Assembly: GCA_028356125.1 (NCBI GenBank)
Contig: JAOMTZ010000007.1
Location: 1,127-65,126 of the forward strand
Reading direction: 5' to 3'
Length of the DNA: 64,000 bases
Origin: Candidatus Poseidoniaceae archaeon
Lineage (GTDB): Archaea > Thermoplasmatota > Poseidoniia > Poseidoniales > Poseidoniaceae
Of this stretch, positions 36,045 through 45,963 are shown in pieces. The notes under the pieces are model-generated. The model saw only the letters and a list, made by a program, of their open reading frames with translations. It searched no databases and had not been told where the DNA came from. Position numbers and translations under genes: made by a program. Position 1 is the stretch's first letter. Each line of letters opens with the position of its first letter.

Positions 36045-37784
36045 TCAGTTATCCTCTACAGTAGCGGCAATTTCAGCAAGCATAGTCTTCACCATTTCAT
36101 CAATTGTGTCGATGTATCCTTTGTTCAAACGGCCACGCATTAAGTCTGAACGTGATGGAACGTTTACTACGTCCCCAAGTTGAGCACCAGATGCCATTGC
36201 AGCCTTGGCTGCTTCTTGGAAGGCAAGAATTGCCTTTGCCATCTTGTATTGCAAGTGGATGTCACAGTATGCATCAACTTCGTGGAATCCATTTTGTTGG
36301 AGGAAGTACTCACGTATCATACGAGCAACTTCCAAAGTCAACTGCTGGTCAACAGGAAGTGCATCTGAACCGACAAGTTGTACAATTTCTTGCAACTCGG
36401 ATTCTACCTGTAATAGTCCAGACAATTCAATCCTGATTTCAGGGAAATCTGGAGCGACGTTATCTCTGAACCACTGATCTAGACTCTGAGGATACAAAGA
36501 ATAAGAGTTCAGCCAGTTGATAGCAGGGAAGTGACGCTGACGAGCCAGACCTGCATCTAGACCCCAGAATACCTTAACGATACGAAGTGTACCTTGGGAA
36601 ACTGGTTCTGAAATATCTCCACCAGGTGGTGATACAGCACCGATAACGGTAATTGAACCGTCTTCTCCATTCAGAGTCTCAACTCTTCCTGCACGCTCAT
36701 AGAATTCAGCGATACGAGTAGATAGGTAAGCAGGATATCCTTCTTCACCAGGCATTTCTTCAAGACGAGAGGAAATCTCACGCATTGCTTCAGCCCAACG
36801 AGAAGTTGAGTCCGCCATAAGAGCAACATCGTAACCCATGTCACGGTAGTACTCTGCAATTGTAATTCCTGTGTACACAGATGCTTCACGTGCAGCTACA
36901 GGCATGTTTGATGTGTTAGCAATCATAACAGTTCTTTCCATCAATGGCTTTCCAGTGTTTGGATCGATTAGATGAGGGAACTCATCCAATACTTCTGTCA
37001 TTTCGTTACCGCGCTCTCCACAGCCGATGTAAACAACCAGTTGTGCATCGGAGTACTTTGCTAGAGATTGCTGTGTTACAGTCTTACCAGACCCGAATGG
37101 TCCTGGAATTCCTGCAGCTCCACCTTTTGCCAATGGGAAAAGGAAGTCAAGAATACGCATTCCAGTAACTAGAGGGATTACTGGAGGGTACTTCTGCTGG
37201 TATGGACGTGGTGTCCTAACCGGCCACTCTTGGAGCATCTGCATATCACTGCCATCTTCGAAGGTACAGATGGTTTGTGTCACGTTGAAATCTCCAGATT
37301 CGATAGACTTGACAATTCCGCCCTTTCCAGGAACGACCATTATCTTGTGAACGATAGTATCGGTTTCTTGGACGTGTCCAACAACCTGCCCACCAACAAC
37401 GGTGTCTCCAACAGAGACTTGTGGTTCAAAGGTCCAAATCTTCTCGAGATCGAATGCATCTGCATCGACACCACGAGTAAGGAAAACACCCATCTCTTTC
37501 TCAAGAGTAGGAAGTGGCCTCTGAATTCCGTCATAGATTTGAGTTAACAAACCTGGTCCAAGTGAAACTGAAAGAGTCTCACCTGTGTTCACAACAACTT
37601 CTCCAGGGCGTATACCGGATGTATCTTCATACACCTGAATAACAGCCTTGTCGCCGTGTAGTTCAATCACTTCTCCCATTAGTCCTTCCGTTCCAACACG
37701 GACAACATCGTACATTGCCGCTTTCATGTTAATCGCAGTAACCACTGGTCCTGAAATACGGTAAATCAATCCCTCATTCTTCAT
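36045..37784 (-). CDS. atpA: A-type ATP synthase catalytic subunit A
   Basis: The 579-aa protein has Walker A GPFGSGKT, plus GERGNEMTE and [10 protein letters not shown]. There is no intein. Confidence 0.97.
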   Translation of the reverse strand: MKNEGLIYRISGPVVTAINMKAAMYDVVRVGTEGLMGEVIELHGDKAVIQVYEDTSGIRPGEVVVNTGETLSVSLGPGLLTQIYDGIQRPLPTLEKEMGVFLTRGVDADAFDLEKIWTFEPQVSVGDTVVGGQVVGHVQETDTIVHKIMVVPGKGGIVKSIESGDFNVTQTICTFEDGSDMQMLQEWPVRTPRPYQQKYPPVIPLVTGMRILDFLFPLAKGGAAGIPGPFGSGKTVTQQSLAKYSDAQLVVYIGCGERGNEMTEVLDEFPHLIDPNTGKPLMERTVMIANTSNMPVAAREASVYTGITIAEYYRDMGYDVALMADSTSRWAEAMREISSRLEEMPGEEGYPAYLSTRIAEFYERAGRVETLNGEDGSITVIGAVSPPGGDISEPVSQGTLRIVKVFWGLDAGLARQRHFPAINWLNSYSLYPQSLDQWFRDNVAPDFPEIRIELSGLLQVESELQEIVQLVGSDALPVDQQLTLEVARMIREYFLQQNGFHEVDAYCDIHLQYKMAKAILAFQEAAKAAMASGAQLGDVVNVPSRSDLMRGRLNKGYIDTIDEMVKTMLAEIAATVEDN

Positions 37785-37809
37785 ATTTTATTCCTCCATT
37801 TTTTGGAAA

Positions 37810-38109
37810 TCATTTCCACAAGTCGACTCCTATTGCCTTACGAATTGTGTCTCGTAAAGTGGTGTCCTCCTCGGTTCCAATTCCTAGAACTGTTGGAGTG
37901 ACGCTTTCTGAAAGTCTTTCACGTAGACGATCAGGTAGGGCAGATAGAACCGCGGAGTCGACTACCACGATTCCCACACCCTTTGTTGTGAGTAAAGACC
38001 TGAAGACTTTCGAAGTTTCTTCTTCGCCTTCAGGGTTATACAGAGTACTTATGCCTGCCAATTGAAAACCGAGCGTGAACTCGGGACTGCCTACAACTGC
38101 GATATCCAT
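37810..38109 (-). CDS. atpF: A-type ATP synthase subunit F
   Basis: The 99-aa protein begins MDIAVVGSPEFTLGFQLAGI... and sits between atpC and atpA. Confidence 0.88.
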   Translation of the reverse strand: MDIAVVGSPEFTLGFQLAGISTLYNPEGEEETSKVFRSLLTTKGVGIVVVDSAVLSALPDRLRERLSESVTPTVLGIGTEEDTTLRDTIRKAIGVDLWK

Positions 38110-38119
38110 TCATGTCACC

Positions 38120-39160
38120 TCAGAGCACGTGTGCCTCCAGAACCTCGGTTGACAGTCCAGCCATACGGCCTCTGACAATCAGACGTAGATCTTCAATTTC
38201 CTGAATCTTCGCCGAGACATAGTGTATCACGGGAAGTGCGGATATTGGGTGGAGGTAGCTCATACGCTGCATCTGGGCGCTTTCTCGGTTGCGCAACCAG
38301 GTTATTACTGGGTCCAACGTTCTCTCTTCATCAGAAGTAGAGATGACTTGTTGGAATCCATCGAAGTCGAAGCGGTTCGACTGACGTAGCATATCGAGAA
38401 GATTATCCCTACTGCCAACGGCTTGGGAAAAATTCCTCTCCTTAATCAAGCGGCCACCAGGGATGAGCGCTTGAGAGATTTCCTCTCCGGACAAGCCAAA
38501 TGCATGTCCTTCGAGTATATTGATTATATTTCGGTGATCGATTTCACCGCTCAGATGATTACGTAGTATACGTACATCTGGGGCACCGCTCTGAAGTTGA
38601 TTCAAAGAGTGCTTGAAATAATGGCGGTCAAGTGCGTCTTCGTATGCCTGAATACCTTCATCCTCACCAATAGCAAGCAGTGTCTTTCCGAATGAAAGAC
38701 GGCGCATTTGCTCGACTGCTTCACGAAGAGTGTTAGACTCTTCAATCATTTTCAGCCATGGTGTATTGACTTCACTTTCCTCTGGCAAGATTGAGTGAGA
38801 GACCTTCTTGACATCAACTTCGTTCACTACAGCACGAAGAACTACCTTCGCATTGTGATACTGGAATCTTCCAGTGTAAATCTCTACAAGATTACGAACA
38901 TTTCCGTTACACAATTTCAGTATATTGGAAAGCTCTGCCTGTAGGTTGTGTGTCAGTGCAGCCTCGACCAAGTCGCTACCAGTAAAATGGCCAGCGTAAA
39001 GGTCAATCTCAGTCCTGTAACCACTGTCCGCCACTGCGACGGTTAGTTGATCAGGGGACTGTTGGATAAGTTGACGAAGCCTAGTACGATCCATAAGACT
39101 CGATTTACGAGACTTTGCACGTGCGGCTACGTAAGCGGTATTGTTTCCGAGGATTGGCAT
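38120..39160 (-). CDS. atpC: A-type ATP synthase subunit C
   Basis: A 346-aa helical protein in the canonical position between atpE and atpF. It begins YVAARAKSRKSSLM... Confidence 0.88.
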   Translation of the reverse strand: MPILGNNTAYVAARAKSRKSSLMDRTRLRQLIQQSPDQLTVAVADSGYRTEIDLYAGHFTGSDLVEAALTHNLQAELSNILKLCNGNVRNLVEIYTGRFQYHNAKVVLRAVVNEVDVKKVSHSILPEESEVNTPWLKMIEESNTLREAVEQMRRLSFGKTLLAIGEDEGIQAYEDALDRHYFKHSLNQLQSGAPDVRILRNHLSGEIDHRNIINILEGHAFGLSGEEISQALIPGGRLIKERNFSQAVGSRDNLLDMLRQSNRFDFDGFQQVISTSDEERTLDPVITWLRNRESAQMQRMSYLHPISALPVIHYVSAKIQEIEDLRLIVRGRMAGLSTEVLEAHVL

Positions 39161-39182
39161 ATTATTCGACTCCGTAGGTTAT

Positions 39183-39746
39183 TCATCCGAATAGGGTCTC
39201 ATTAACTGCTGCTCTCTTCTCAATCCATGCTGACTCTAACAGTGTGTCAAAGCGCATATCAAAAGAGATAGATTTGTCCTCAGCTTCTAGCACGAAGCCA
39301 CCCAGGCCTTCGACTTCATCACCCATAGAGTATCCCTTAGCGGCATCCTCTAGAGCAGATCTGTCGATTGCAGTTGGGCGTAAAACCATTTTTCCATCAC
39401 CCATGGATTTGGCCTTCTTGACCAAATTCTTGAGCAGACTTGCACGACCGGCAAGACTTGCATCGCCTAACTTAGCACGAGCAGATGCTAGTGTAGCATC
39501 TAACTCGAAGCGTCGGGCAACTAGGACATCTTTCTGATTAGCTTGGCGAGCAGATGCGACCACTTCTCTAGAGATTTGGTCTGCTTCTTTGTTCGCCTTA
39601 CCAGATGCATCTTCTTCAATAGAAGATGCACGGGCTTTAGCATCAGCTAGTATGGTCTTCGCTTCATCCTTAGCCGCCTTAATGGTGGCTTTGGCTTCCG
39701 CTTCAGCTGAAGCGGAAATATCCTTTGCGAGTTGTTCTAGCGTCAT
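39183..39746 (-). CDS. atpE: A-type ATP synthase subunit E
   Basis: The 187-aa protein has an Ala/Lys/Glu-rich N-terminal helix (EAEAKATIKAAKDEAKTILADAKARA) and a globular C-terminus. Confidence 0.88.
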   Translation of the reverse strand: MTLEQLAKDISASAEAEAKATIKAAKDEAKTILADAKARASSIEEDASGKANKEADQISREVVASARQANQKDVLVARRFELDATLASARAKLGDASLAGRASLLKNLVKKAKSMGDGKMVLRPTAIDRSALEDAAKGYSMGDEVEGLGGFVLEAEDKSISFDMRFDTLLESAWIEKRAAVNETLFG

Positions 39747-39801
39747 TCATTCACCTCCGGCTTAACCACCGAGAATAGATTCTCGGAGATAGCCAAACTG
39801 C

Positions 39802-40098
39802 TCATAGGAACAGTGGTAGTGCACCTAGAATTACGATAGATTCAGGCAATGCAGTAAAGATTAGCGCTGGACCGAACTTTGATCCGTCTTCTGCTAACAT
39901 ACCGACTGCTGCGCTACCGATGCTACCCTGAGAGTATCCTGCTCCAAGACCTGCTAGGCCAAGTGCGATACCAGCTCCCATGTAACGTCCCCATCCATCA
40001 TAGTCACCAACAGCTGCTAGTACACCTTGTGCAAGCAGTGTGATACCCATGAGAACAATTAGTGCTCTTAGGCTCATTTTCATACTTCGTGTTTTCAT
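39802..40098 (-). CDS. atpK: A-type ATP synthase proteolipid subunit K (c subunit)
   Basis: ATG 40098 is preceded by GGAGGAATAAG. The longer track ORF (to 40218) overlaps the atpI end. The 98-aa protein has Gly-rich helix 1 GAGIALGLAGLGAGYSQGSIG and helix 2 FTALPESIVILG carrying the carboxylate. Confidence 0.88.
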   Translation of the reverse strand: MKTRSMKMSLRALIVLMGITLLAQGVLAAVGDYDGWGRYMGAGIALGLAGLGAGYSQGSIGSAAVGMLAEDGSKFGPALIFTALPESIVILGALPLFL

Positions 40099-40136
40099 TC
40101 TTATTCCTCCTGTTTTGTCCAATTGGGACTGTGATA

Positions 40137-42167
40137 TCAGTGGCCCTCCACATGCAGAGGACGGCCACCTATTGGTGAGAACTCCTGCCCGGAGCCGTCG
40201 TAGAACTTGCCCATCCACTCAACGAAGTGTAGACGGACGGCGTGAATACTCGGTGAGAGTAATCCAAGCGCGAGTGCGAATACCTGGACGCCAATCCAGA
40301 TTACAAAGCAAAGTATTGCAGTTATGATGTCGCCAGAAGAAACAGCATCAGCCATAGCGTGGAATCCCATTTCATTACCGATTTCGGCAATCTTGACTCC
40401 AGCAACACCTACTGCCATTATTCTAAGGTAAGAGAGAGTGTTTGCTAGAAGACCGAATGTTTCGATTGGACCCATGATGATTCCACCGAGCCATCCAAAT
40501 CCTTCGTAAACAGCAAGGCCGTAAATCAGACAGATTACCCCTACAATTACCATCATAGACCAGACTGAGCCTTCGAAGGTGCCATATGATTCATCGGTTA
40601 TGAAGCGAAGAATGTGAGCTGAACCGCCTATTAGAATCAGTAGCCAAGATCCTTTCTCGAAGAATGCTGCAACTGGACCGTGCGCTCTGAATACGTTGAT
40701 GAATCCAATAATGAATCCAACAAGAAGGTGTGCGCATCCCAAGTATATTGACAATAGGATGTAATCTTGCAGAGCGCCTCCTGCGCGATGGAATGGTAAA
40801 TATGTGTGTGAAAGTCCAAACCATTCTTCAAACACAGTACCTGTTAGAGAATGGTGTGTGGCATTGTATAATGCATCATAGAATGCAGCAAACGGCGACC
40901 AATCTTCAATTACGAAACCAAATGCCTCTGCTGTTAGTACACCTACAATGAATGTTGCAATACCCATATTCATCAGGATTCTAGCGCCTACTGCACCCAA
41001 TGGATCGTGGCCCATTTTTGACTTGAGGAATAAGGCGAGTAGCATAATTACAAGACCATACCCTGCATCTCCAAGAATTAATCCGTAGAAGATTGGGAAT
41101 GTGAATGCTAGCATACTAGTAGGGTCGATTGAACCATACTTAGGCCTGCCAACTAGATTGGTTAGAGCAGATGCGTGGCGAGTTACTGCCAAAGTATCGT
41201 ACTCTACAGGAGGATATTCTGTTTCGTGGTGGTCATCATGGTCATGATGTCCATGATCTTCAACGAACTTTTCTATCTTAAGATGTGAAGAAACCTTGGA
41301 AAGAACGCTTCTTACATGGTCTGCGTCTGCTGTAGGCAACCATGCATCTAGAGCGTATGCATGTGCGCTTGTAGCGCAGAGCGTGTGACCGGTTAGGATC
41401 TCATTCTCGCGCTCTAGGTGTTCTTGCACAGCCAGTAGCATTCGTCCATTTGATTGAGCCCAGGCCTGCATTTTGCTCTCAGAGTCTGAAATTAGTTTCT
41501 CGGATTTTGCGATATCGCTTAGGGCCTTAGTAAGTAGTGCCGAAGGTTTTCCCTTACCGCTTGGAATTTGAATTGGTTTTGCACCGAGTTCACCCATTGC
41601 CATCTGTACTTCAGCAGCATCTTTACCTTGGCAGGCAACAGCTACTACTTTGTCAGCAACGTGCATCTCAACACGGTTTTTCAGTTCGCCGAATACTGAG
41701 AATGCTTTACCGGCTTTCGAAGTTTCACCAAGATAAACATCAACTGAAGAAATCTCAGTCATCAGTTCTAGAGGTATGTTAAGAGGAGCTATTGTGGTAA
41801 GAATAGCAACTCTTTCTTGGAGGCGCAAAATCTCTGCCTCAGCATCGCTCTTTGAAGAAATAATTTCTGAAATGGCGTCAATCTGTTCTGGGAATTTTCC
41901 AGAAACTGCAGACTTAACAGACTTGGAGCCAACTGGGCCCTCTTTGTTGGAACAGTTTAGTACAGAGTTTGCAGACCTTACCTTAGATAGCATCACAGAT
42001 ACATTGTCTGCATCTGGATGCGGAGTTCCAATCTCTATACCATCAGTGTTTCCTGAATAAGCTGTAATGTGCACATTACCTAAATCTGCACACACACGTA
42101 GAGCCTCGTCGAGGTCTTTACGTGAACCCGCCATTGTTAGACGTGACATCTCAACAGCGCTAAGCAT
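40137..42167 (-). CDS. atpI: A-type ATP synthase subunit I (a subunit)
   Basis: The 676-aa protein has a soluble N-terminal half and a polytopic C-terminal half with LSYLRIMAVGVAG (conserved Arg). Confidence 0.93.
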   Translation of the reverse strand: MLSAVEMSRLTMAGSRKDLDEALRVCADLGNVHITAYSGNTDGIEIGTPHPDADNVSVMLSKVRSANSVLNCSNKEGPVGSKSVKSAVSGKFPEQIDAISEIISSKSDAEAEILRLQERVAILTTIAPLNIPLELMTEISSVDVYLGETSKAGKAFSVFGELKNRVEMHVADKVVAVACQGKDAAEVQMAMGELGAKPIQIPSGKGKPSALLTKALSDIAKSEKLISDSESKMQAWAQSNGRMLLAVQEHLERENEILTGHTLCATSAHAYALDAWLPTADADHVRSVLSKVSSHLKIEKFVEDHGHHDHDDHHETEYPPVEYDTLAVTRHASALTNLVGRPKYGSIDPTSMLAFTFPIFYGLILGDAGYGLVIMLLALFLKSKMGHDPLGAVGARILMNMGIATFIVGVLTAEAFGFVIEDWSPFAAFYDALYNATHHSLTGTVFEEWFGLSHTYLPFHRAGGALQDYILLSIYLGCAHLLVGFIIGFINVFRAHGPVAAFFEKGSWLLILIGGSAHILRFITDESYGTFEGSVWSMMVIVGVICLIYGLAVYEGFGWLGGIIMGPIETFGLLANTLSYLRIMAVGVAGVKIAEIGNEMGFHAMADAVSSGDIITAILCFVIWIGVQVFALALGLLSPSIHAVRLHFVEWMGKFYDGSGQEFSPIGGRPLHVEGH

Positions 42168-42176
42168 CAGAACACC

Positions 42177-42494
42177 TCAGTTAGACATTAGAGAATCGAT
42201 TACAAGTTGAACAGCCGCATCTCTGCGATCTACTGCTGAAGATTGGACACCTTCAACAACTTTGGCTCCTTCTGCCTGAACGCCTTCTGCTTCTTTACCT
42301 GCTTTACTACGAGCGGAGTCAAGAGTCTTGACTGTAGAGTTGACTGCACCGTCTTGTGCGCCTTGAATCATGTCCGCTGCTTCTTTGCGAGCATCTGCGA
42401 CAATCTTCGACGCCTCTTCCTTTGAGGATGCGATTTTTGCATCTGCTGAATCTTCTGCATCTTTGATGCTCTGAAGTACATTTGCCATACCCAT
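42177..42494 (-). CDS. atpH: A-type ATP synthase subunit H
   Basis: A 105-aa Ala/Lys/Glu-rich helical protein that is the first gene of the atpHIKECFABD order. Confidence 0.8.
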   Translation of the reverse strand: MGMANVLQSIKDAEDSADAKIASSKEEASKIVADARKEAADMIQGAQDGAVNSTVKTLDSARSKAGKEAEGVQAEGAKVVEGVQSSAVDRRDAAVQLVIDSLMSN

Positions 42495-42618
42495 GGTATC
42501 ACCCTTATTCCCGCCCGACCAATAATGGGTTCATAACCCTCTTGGTCGAAATCTCAAACATTCTGAACCAAATCAATTGGAATACCCCCAAAATGGTCAA
42601 ATCCGATATCCTTGCCGA

Positions 42619-43368
42619 ATGACCATGTCCGACCGCTCTGGCACCGGAGGTTTCGACCCATCTGGCATCGATGAAGATGCGTGGACTGAATTGGAGAGGC
42701 AACTCGAAGCCACCATCCCTGTTTACGACAAGGTCAACAAAATTATGACCCTAGGCTTCGACAAAGGTATGCGTAAACATGTCCGAAGTCATGCCAAAGA
42801 AGGTATGAAAGTACTCGAAGTTGGATGTGGACCCGGATCTTTCGCCGTCGGAATCGAAGGAATGGACCTAACATGCCTAGACCCTAGCGCAGAGATGCTA
42901 AAGGTCTGCAAAAAAAGGCTAGACCTGGTTCGTGAAGAAAGGGGAGAAACCCCAGCCAAGTATGTTGAAGCTATTGCTGAAGACATCCCTTTGCCTGACA
43001 ACACGTTCGACAGAGTATTCTGCCTATTCTCATTTAGAGATTTCAAAGATAAGAAGAAGGGACTATCTGAAATTTTCAGAGTTCTGAAGCCAGGAGGCCA
43101 GTTGGTCATATGCGACGCAGGGAAAGCGAATTGGCTTCACGGCCTGTTTGGCAGGATATACATGGGGACTTTCGTCCAAGTAGTAGCCAGAATTGTCACT
43201 AAAGATCCAAACCACCCATGGAAATGGTTGGCTAGAACATATACTCACTACGGAACACATTCCTATTACAAGAATTTGATGAAGGAAGTAGGTTACACTG
43301 AAGTAAAAGCGAGATTGCTATTCCCTGGAATGTCTAGCAGATTCAAAGCAATTAAGCCAGAACAGTAG
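42619..43368 (+). CDS. ubiE: class I SAM-dependent methyltransferase, UbiE/MenG family
   Basis: IPVYDKVNKIMTLGFDKGMRKHV matches the YD.mN..+S.G motif. VLEVGCGPGSFA is the SAM motif I, followed by LKPGGQLVICD. ATG 42619 is preferred over track start 42577. Confidence 0.75.
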   Translation: MTMSDRSGTGGFDPSGIDEDAWTELERQLEATIPVYDKVNKIMTLGFDKGMRKHVRSHAKEGMKVLEVGCGPGSFAVGIEGMDLTCLDPSAEMLKVCKKRLDLVREERGETPAKYVEAIAEDIPLPDNTFDRVFCLFSFRDFKDKKKGLSEIFRVLKPGGQLVICDAGKANWLHGLFGRIYMGTFVQVVARIVTKDPNHPWKWLARTYTHYGTHSYYKNLMKEVGYTEVKARLLFPGMSSRFKAIKPEQ

Positions 43369-43399
43369 AGATCACAAGTAATTTGAGGGCGAGTGAGTT

Positions 43400-43594
43400 T
43401 CACTCGACCTTGCGGACATTAACTGCGTTAGGCCCTTTTGGACCTTCGCCGATTTCAAATTCGACGGTGTCACCGTCTGTTATTTCTCCTTCTACTTCGG
43501 AGATGTGGACGAACATATCTTTACCTTCGCCTTCTATTTCAATAAATCCGAATCCTTTTGTTGGGTTAAACCACTTGACAGTACCTTGTGCCAT
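43400..43594 (-). CDS. csp: cold-shock protein (CspA family)
   Basis: [34 protein letters not shown]... carries RNP1 KGFGFI and RNP2 VFVH-like motifs. ATG 43594 was verified; the track start at 43645 adds a spurious 17 aa. Confidence 0.93.
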   Translation of the reverse strand: MAQGTVKWFNPTKGFGFIEIEGEGKDMFVHISEVEGEITDGDTVEFEIGEGPKGPNAVNVRKVE

Positions 43595-43643
43595 GTTCCG
43601 CCGTCTATGCATCAAGTACTTGAGTGCTGGGGAAGAGAACATC

Positions 43644-43658
43644 ATTAACTAGCGGTTA
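43644..43658. promoter_or_regulatory. palindrome TTAAC-N5-GTTAA upstream of csp
   Basis: The sequence aTTAACtagcgGTTAAt lies 50-64 nt upstream of the csp ATG. It has the same TTAAC/GTTAA half-sites as the 21036-21081 array. Confidence 0.3.
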
Positions 43659-43726
43659 ATCTAGTAAGCTTTCATTGCGAATAGAGTATTCTCCAAACGC
43701 AACACACGTAGCATGCTGAAACCATT

Positions 43727-44530
43727 TCAAGCGATGCGCTCGACTGTTTCTGGAGTAATTCCTTCCTCAGGAGTAACTCTGTACACCATGATCGAAAGAT
43801 TCTCCGGGGCATTTCTAAATTTGGACACAATCATTGATGTTTCGAAATCGGAACCCACAGTTCTAACTTTGAAATCACAGACCATGTCTGCAATTGCAGC
43901 CATTTCTTGCTTAATTGCAGGTGTAATGGTGTCATTGGACACTGTGATGAATAGTATTCCTCGATTAAGTTGGGTATGCGCCTGCATCATTCGAAGCATC
44001 GCCACTACACGACTTGGGTCTTCTCTTTGCATGAAGAAGTCAAGAGAATCGACAACAGCCCGGAAGTACGGCCCCATCGACATAATTTCATTTGTCATTT
44101 CGGTTAAGAAATCCTGGGTGTCATCATCTACGAACCTTGTTTGAGATAGCCTTTGGATATCTGGAAGTTTGAACCCCTCCAGCCTGTAACGGCTGGCAAG
44201 TAACTCCTTCTCCAAAACTCTGGCATTGAATTCCTCTCCTAAAGTTCGAACTGAGATGTCCGTAGGCCAGCCATATTTTTTGAAAACACGTGCGATTTCG
44301 AGTTGGCTCTCGTTAGTTGAAATTAGAATAGTATTATCTGGCTCTTCAGCAGGAGAAGTGAATTGCTTTGCAAACAATTCAGAACCAGCCCCTATATCTG
44401 TAAAACCTACGACTAGGAATCCTCTCGGAACACCACCGTACATTGCATTATCGAACTTCGGGACGCCGAAGCTACCTACACTTCCGAAGAAGTCTTCATC
44501 GTCAGAATCAAAGGAAACTTGCTTATTCAT
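43727..44530 (-). CDS. KaiC/RecA-superfamily protein with a destroyed P-loop
   Basis: GGVPRGFLVVGFTDIGAGSELFAKQF sits where GG.p.G...l.G.pGtGKT.f..qF is expected, and there is no GK[ST]. It keeps AVVDSLDFF, IVSKFRNAPEN and YRVTPEEGI. Confidence 0.65.
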   Translation of the reverse strand: MNKQVSFDSDDEDFFGSVGSFGVPKFDNAMYGGVPRGFLVVGFTDIGAGSELFAKQFTSPAEEPDNTILISTNESQLEIARVFKKYGWPTDISVRTLGEEFNARVLEKELLASRYRLEGFKLPDIQRLSQTRFVDDDTQDFLTEMTNEIMSMGPYFRAVVDSLDFFMQREDPSRVVAMLRMMQAHTQLNRGILFITVSNDTITPAIKQEMAAIADMVCDFKVRTVGSDFETSMIVSKFRNAPENLSIMVYRVTPEEGITPETVERIA

Positions 44531-44540
44531 AATAACAACC

Positions 44541-45140
44541 TCAGTGAATTACTACTTGCCCACGATCGATTAAATCAGTGCAATATAGGTCTAAATTTGA
44601 TAGAACCATTGGAGGGACTTGGTCGGGAACATTCAGAATGACTGAAAGTACCTCTCGTTGACGGAAGGTGTTGATGAAGGTGTGGAGATATTCGGCAAGC
44701 ATCCTTTCTTCGTTGTAAATAGCAAGTGCGTTTACTGAATCGATGAGGACGAAATTCCTCTCGCTGTTAGATATTCGAAGAATGTACAATGTTCTAAGCA
44801 ATACGCTTTCGAGCATAATTGGACTGTCTATGAATGTGATATTAGGACGGTCGACATCAGTGCCTCCCAATATTCCCGAGGACACTAGGTCTACGAATTC
44901 GATATTCGAAACATCAACTCCAATTGCCTCGAATGCCTCGATAATTTCGACTGCACCCCTTGTTGCGCAGATGTATACTCCGCCCATTTCGAACATTTGC
45001 ATAAGCGGAATCATAGTAGATGCAGTCACCATGAATGCGTTAGAGTTCCCACAGCGAACTTGAACTGAAGAGTTCAAGCTCACTTCAGTCAGTTGCTCCG
45101 AAATTCTCTGATCTAGTTCAAACATAATCATGACCCCCAT
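44541..45140 (-). CDS. P-loop-less RecA/KaiC-fold remnant protein
   Basis: The 199-aa protein has no Walker A. It retains GGVYICATRG... and NFVLIDSVNALAIYNEE...FINTFRQREVLSVILNVP, which is Walker-B-strand-like. An internal ATG at 45131 would give an ATGA overlap with the upstream stop. Confidence 0.5.
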   Translation of the reverse strand: MGVMIMFELDQRISEQLTEVSLNSSVQVRCGNSNAFMVTASTMIPLMQMFEMGGVYICATRGAVEIIEAFEAIGVDVSNIEFVDLVSSGILGGTDVDRPNITFIDSPIMLESVLLRTLYILRISNSERNFVLIDSVNALAIYNEERMLAEYLHTFINTFRQREVLSVILNVPDQVPPMVLSNLDLYCTDLIDRGQVVIH

Positions 45141-45910
45141 CTGCTAGTTTTGTCATTAACTGCTCCCCATTTCAACATTGGAGTTAGCATTACGCCAAGA
45201 GGAGTAAGCTCAATTGCATGTTTAGCGCGACTATGAGATGTACCCCTCATTTTCACTACTTGCAAGAACCTCAAAAGATGACCCATACGCTCAACGTCAC
45301 CCATTACGATAATCCCGTCAGCAATCGCCTCTTCTACACCGAAAGAAGACCAGTGTGCATTTTCGGTAGCCGAAGTAATTTCAGAGATTAGAATTGTTGT
45401 GCAACCCAATGTTGCTAATTTCTTTCCTAAAGTGAACAAGAAATCACGAATCAGTTGTTCGCTCTTAATCTTGTAACAAAGAGTAGTTACGGAGTCTATG
45501 ACTAATCTGGTGACACCGATTGTGTTTACAATGTCGACTATAGCCTTGATTAGAGCGTGAACGTCATCCAAATCGAAGGATGCTTTATCCAATCCTAACC
45601 AGGAATATAGAACGTCCATGTCGAAGACGTTTATCAGTCCGCTGTCAATCATATTCATGTCGAAGAAAGCATACTGACGGATATTCTCAAGCAGTTTAAC
45701 ACTCGGCTCTGTAGCAGTAAAGTGTGCGCATGCCTCTCCAGCAAGAGCCCCCCTAACTAGGAATTCCATGGCCAATGTTGTCTTTCCTGAACCACAAGTT
45801 CCAGCGGCTAGAACGGTAGACCCATAGGGTATTCCGCCTCTTAGGATTTCATCCATTCCGTGGATACCTGTGATACAACGGTCGCGGCTGTATACTGTCG
45901 CTGGCTGCAT
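45128..45910 (-). CDS. single-domain KaiC-like RecA-superfamily ATPase (motifs intact)
   Basis: ITGIHGMDEILRGGIPYGSTVLAAGTCGSGKTTLAMEFL is the Walker A and RLVIDSVTTL the Walker B, with ILISE and LQVVKMRGTSH. The track start at 45928 is TTG; ATG is at 45910. Confidence 0.85.
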   Translation of the reverse strand: MQPATVYSRDRCITGIHGMDEILRGGIPYGSTVLAAGTCGSGKTTLAMEFLVRGALAGEACAHFTATEPSVKLLENIRQYAFFDMNMIDSGLINVFDMDVLYSWLGLDKASFDLDDVHALIKAIVDIVNTIGVTRLVIDSVTTLCYKIKSEQLIRDFLFTLGKKLATLGCTTILISEITSATENAHWSSFGVEEAIADGIIVMGDVERMGHLLRFLQVVKMRGTSHSRAKHAIELTPLGVMLTPMLKWGAVNDKTSRWGS

Positions 45911-45963
45911 GGGTAACACCCAAGCCAAACCATCGCACTAAATGAACGATACGCCAAAATCCC

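Noticed and set aside
35683-36183. 166-aa plus-strand ORF spanning the atpB/atpA junction
   Set aside because: It is antisense to two highly conserved ATPase genes.
39802-40218. Full 138-aa track ORF for the c subunit
   Set aside because: The first 40 codons overlap the end of atpI and encode a non-proteolipid, Arg-rich sequence. An ATG at 40098 with a GGAGG upstream gives a normal c subunit.
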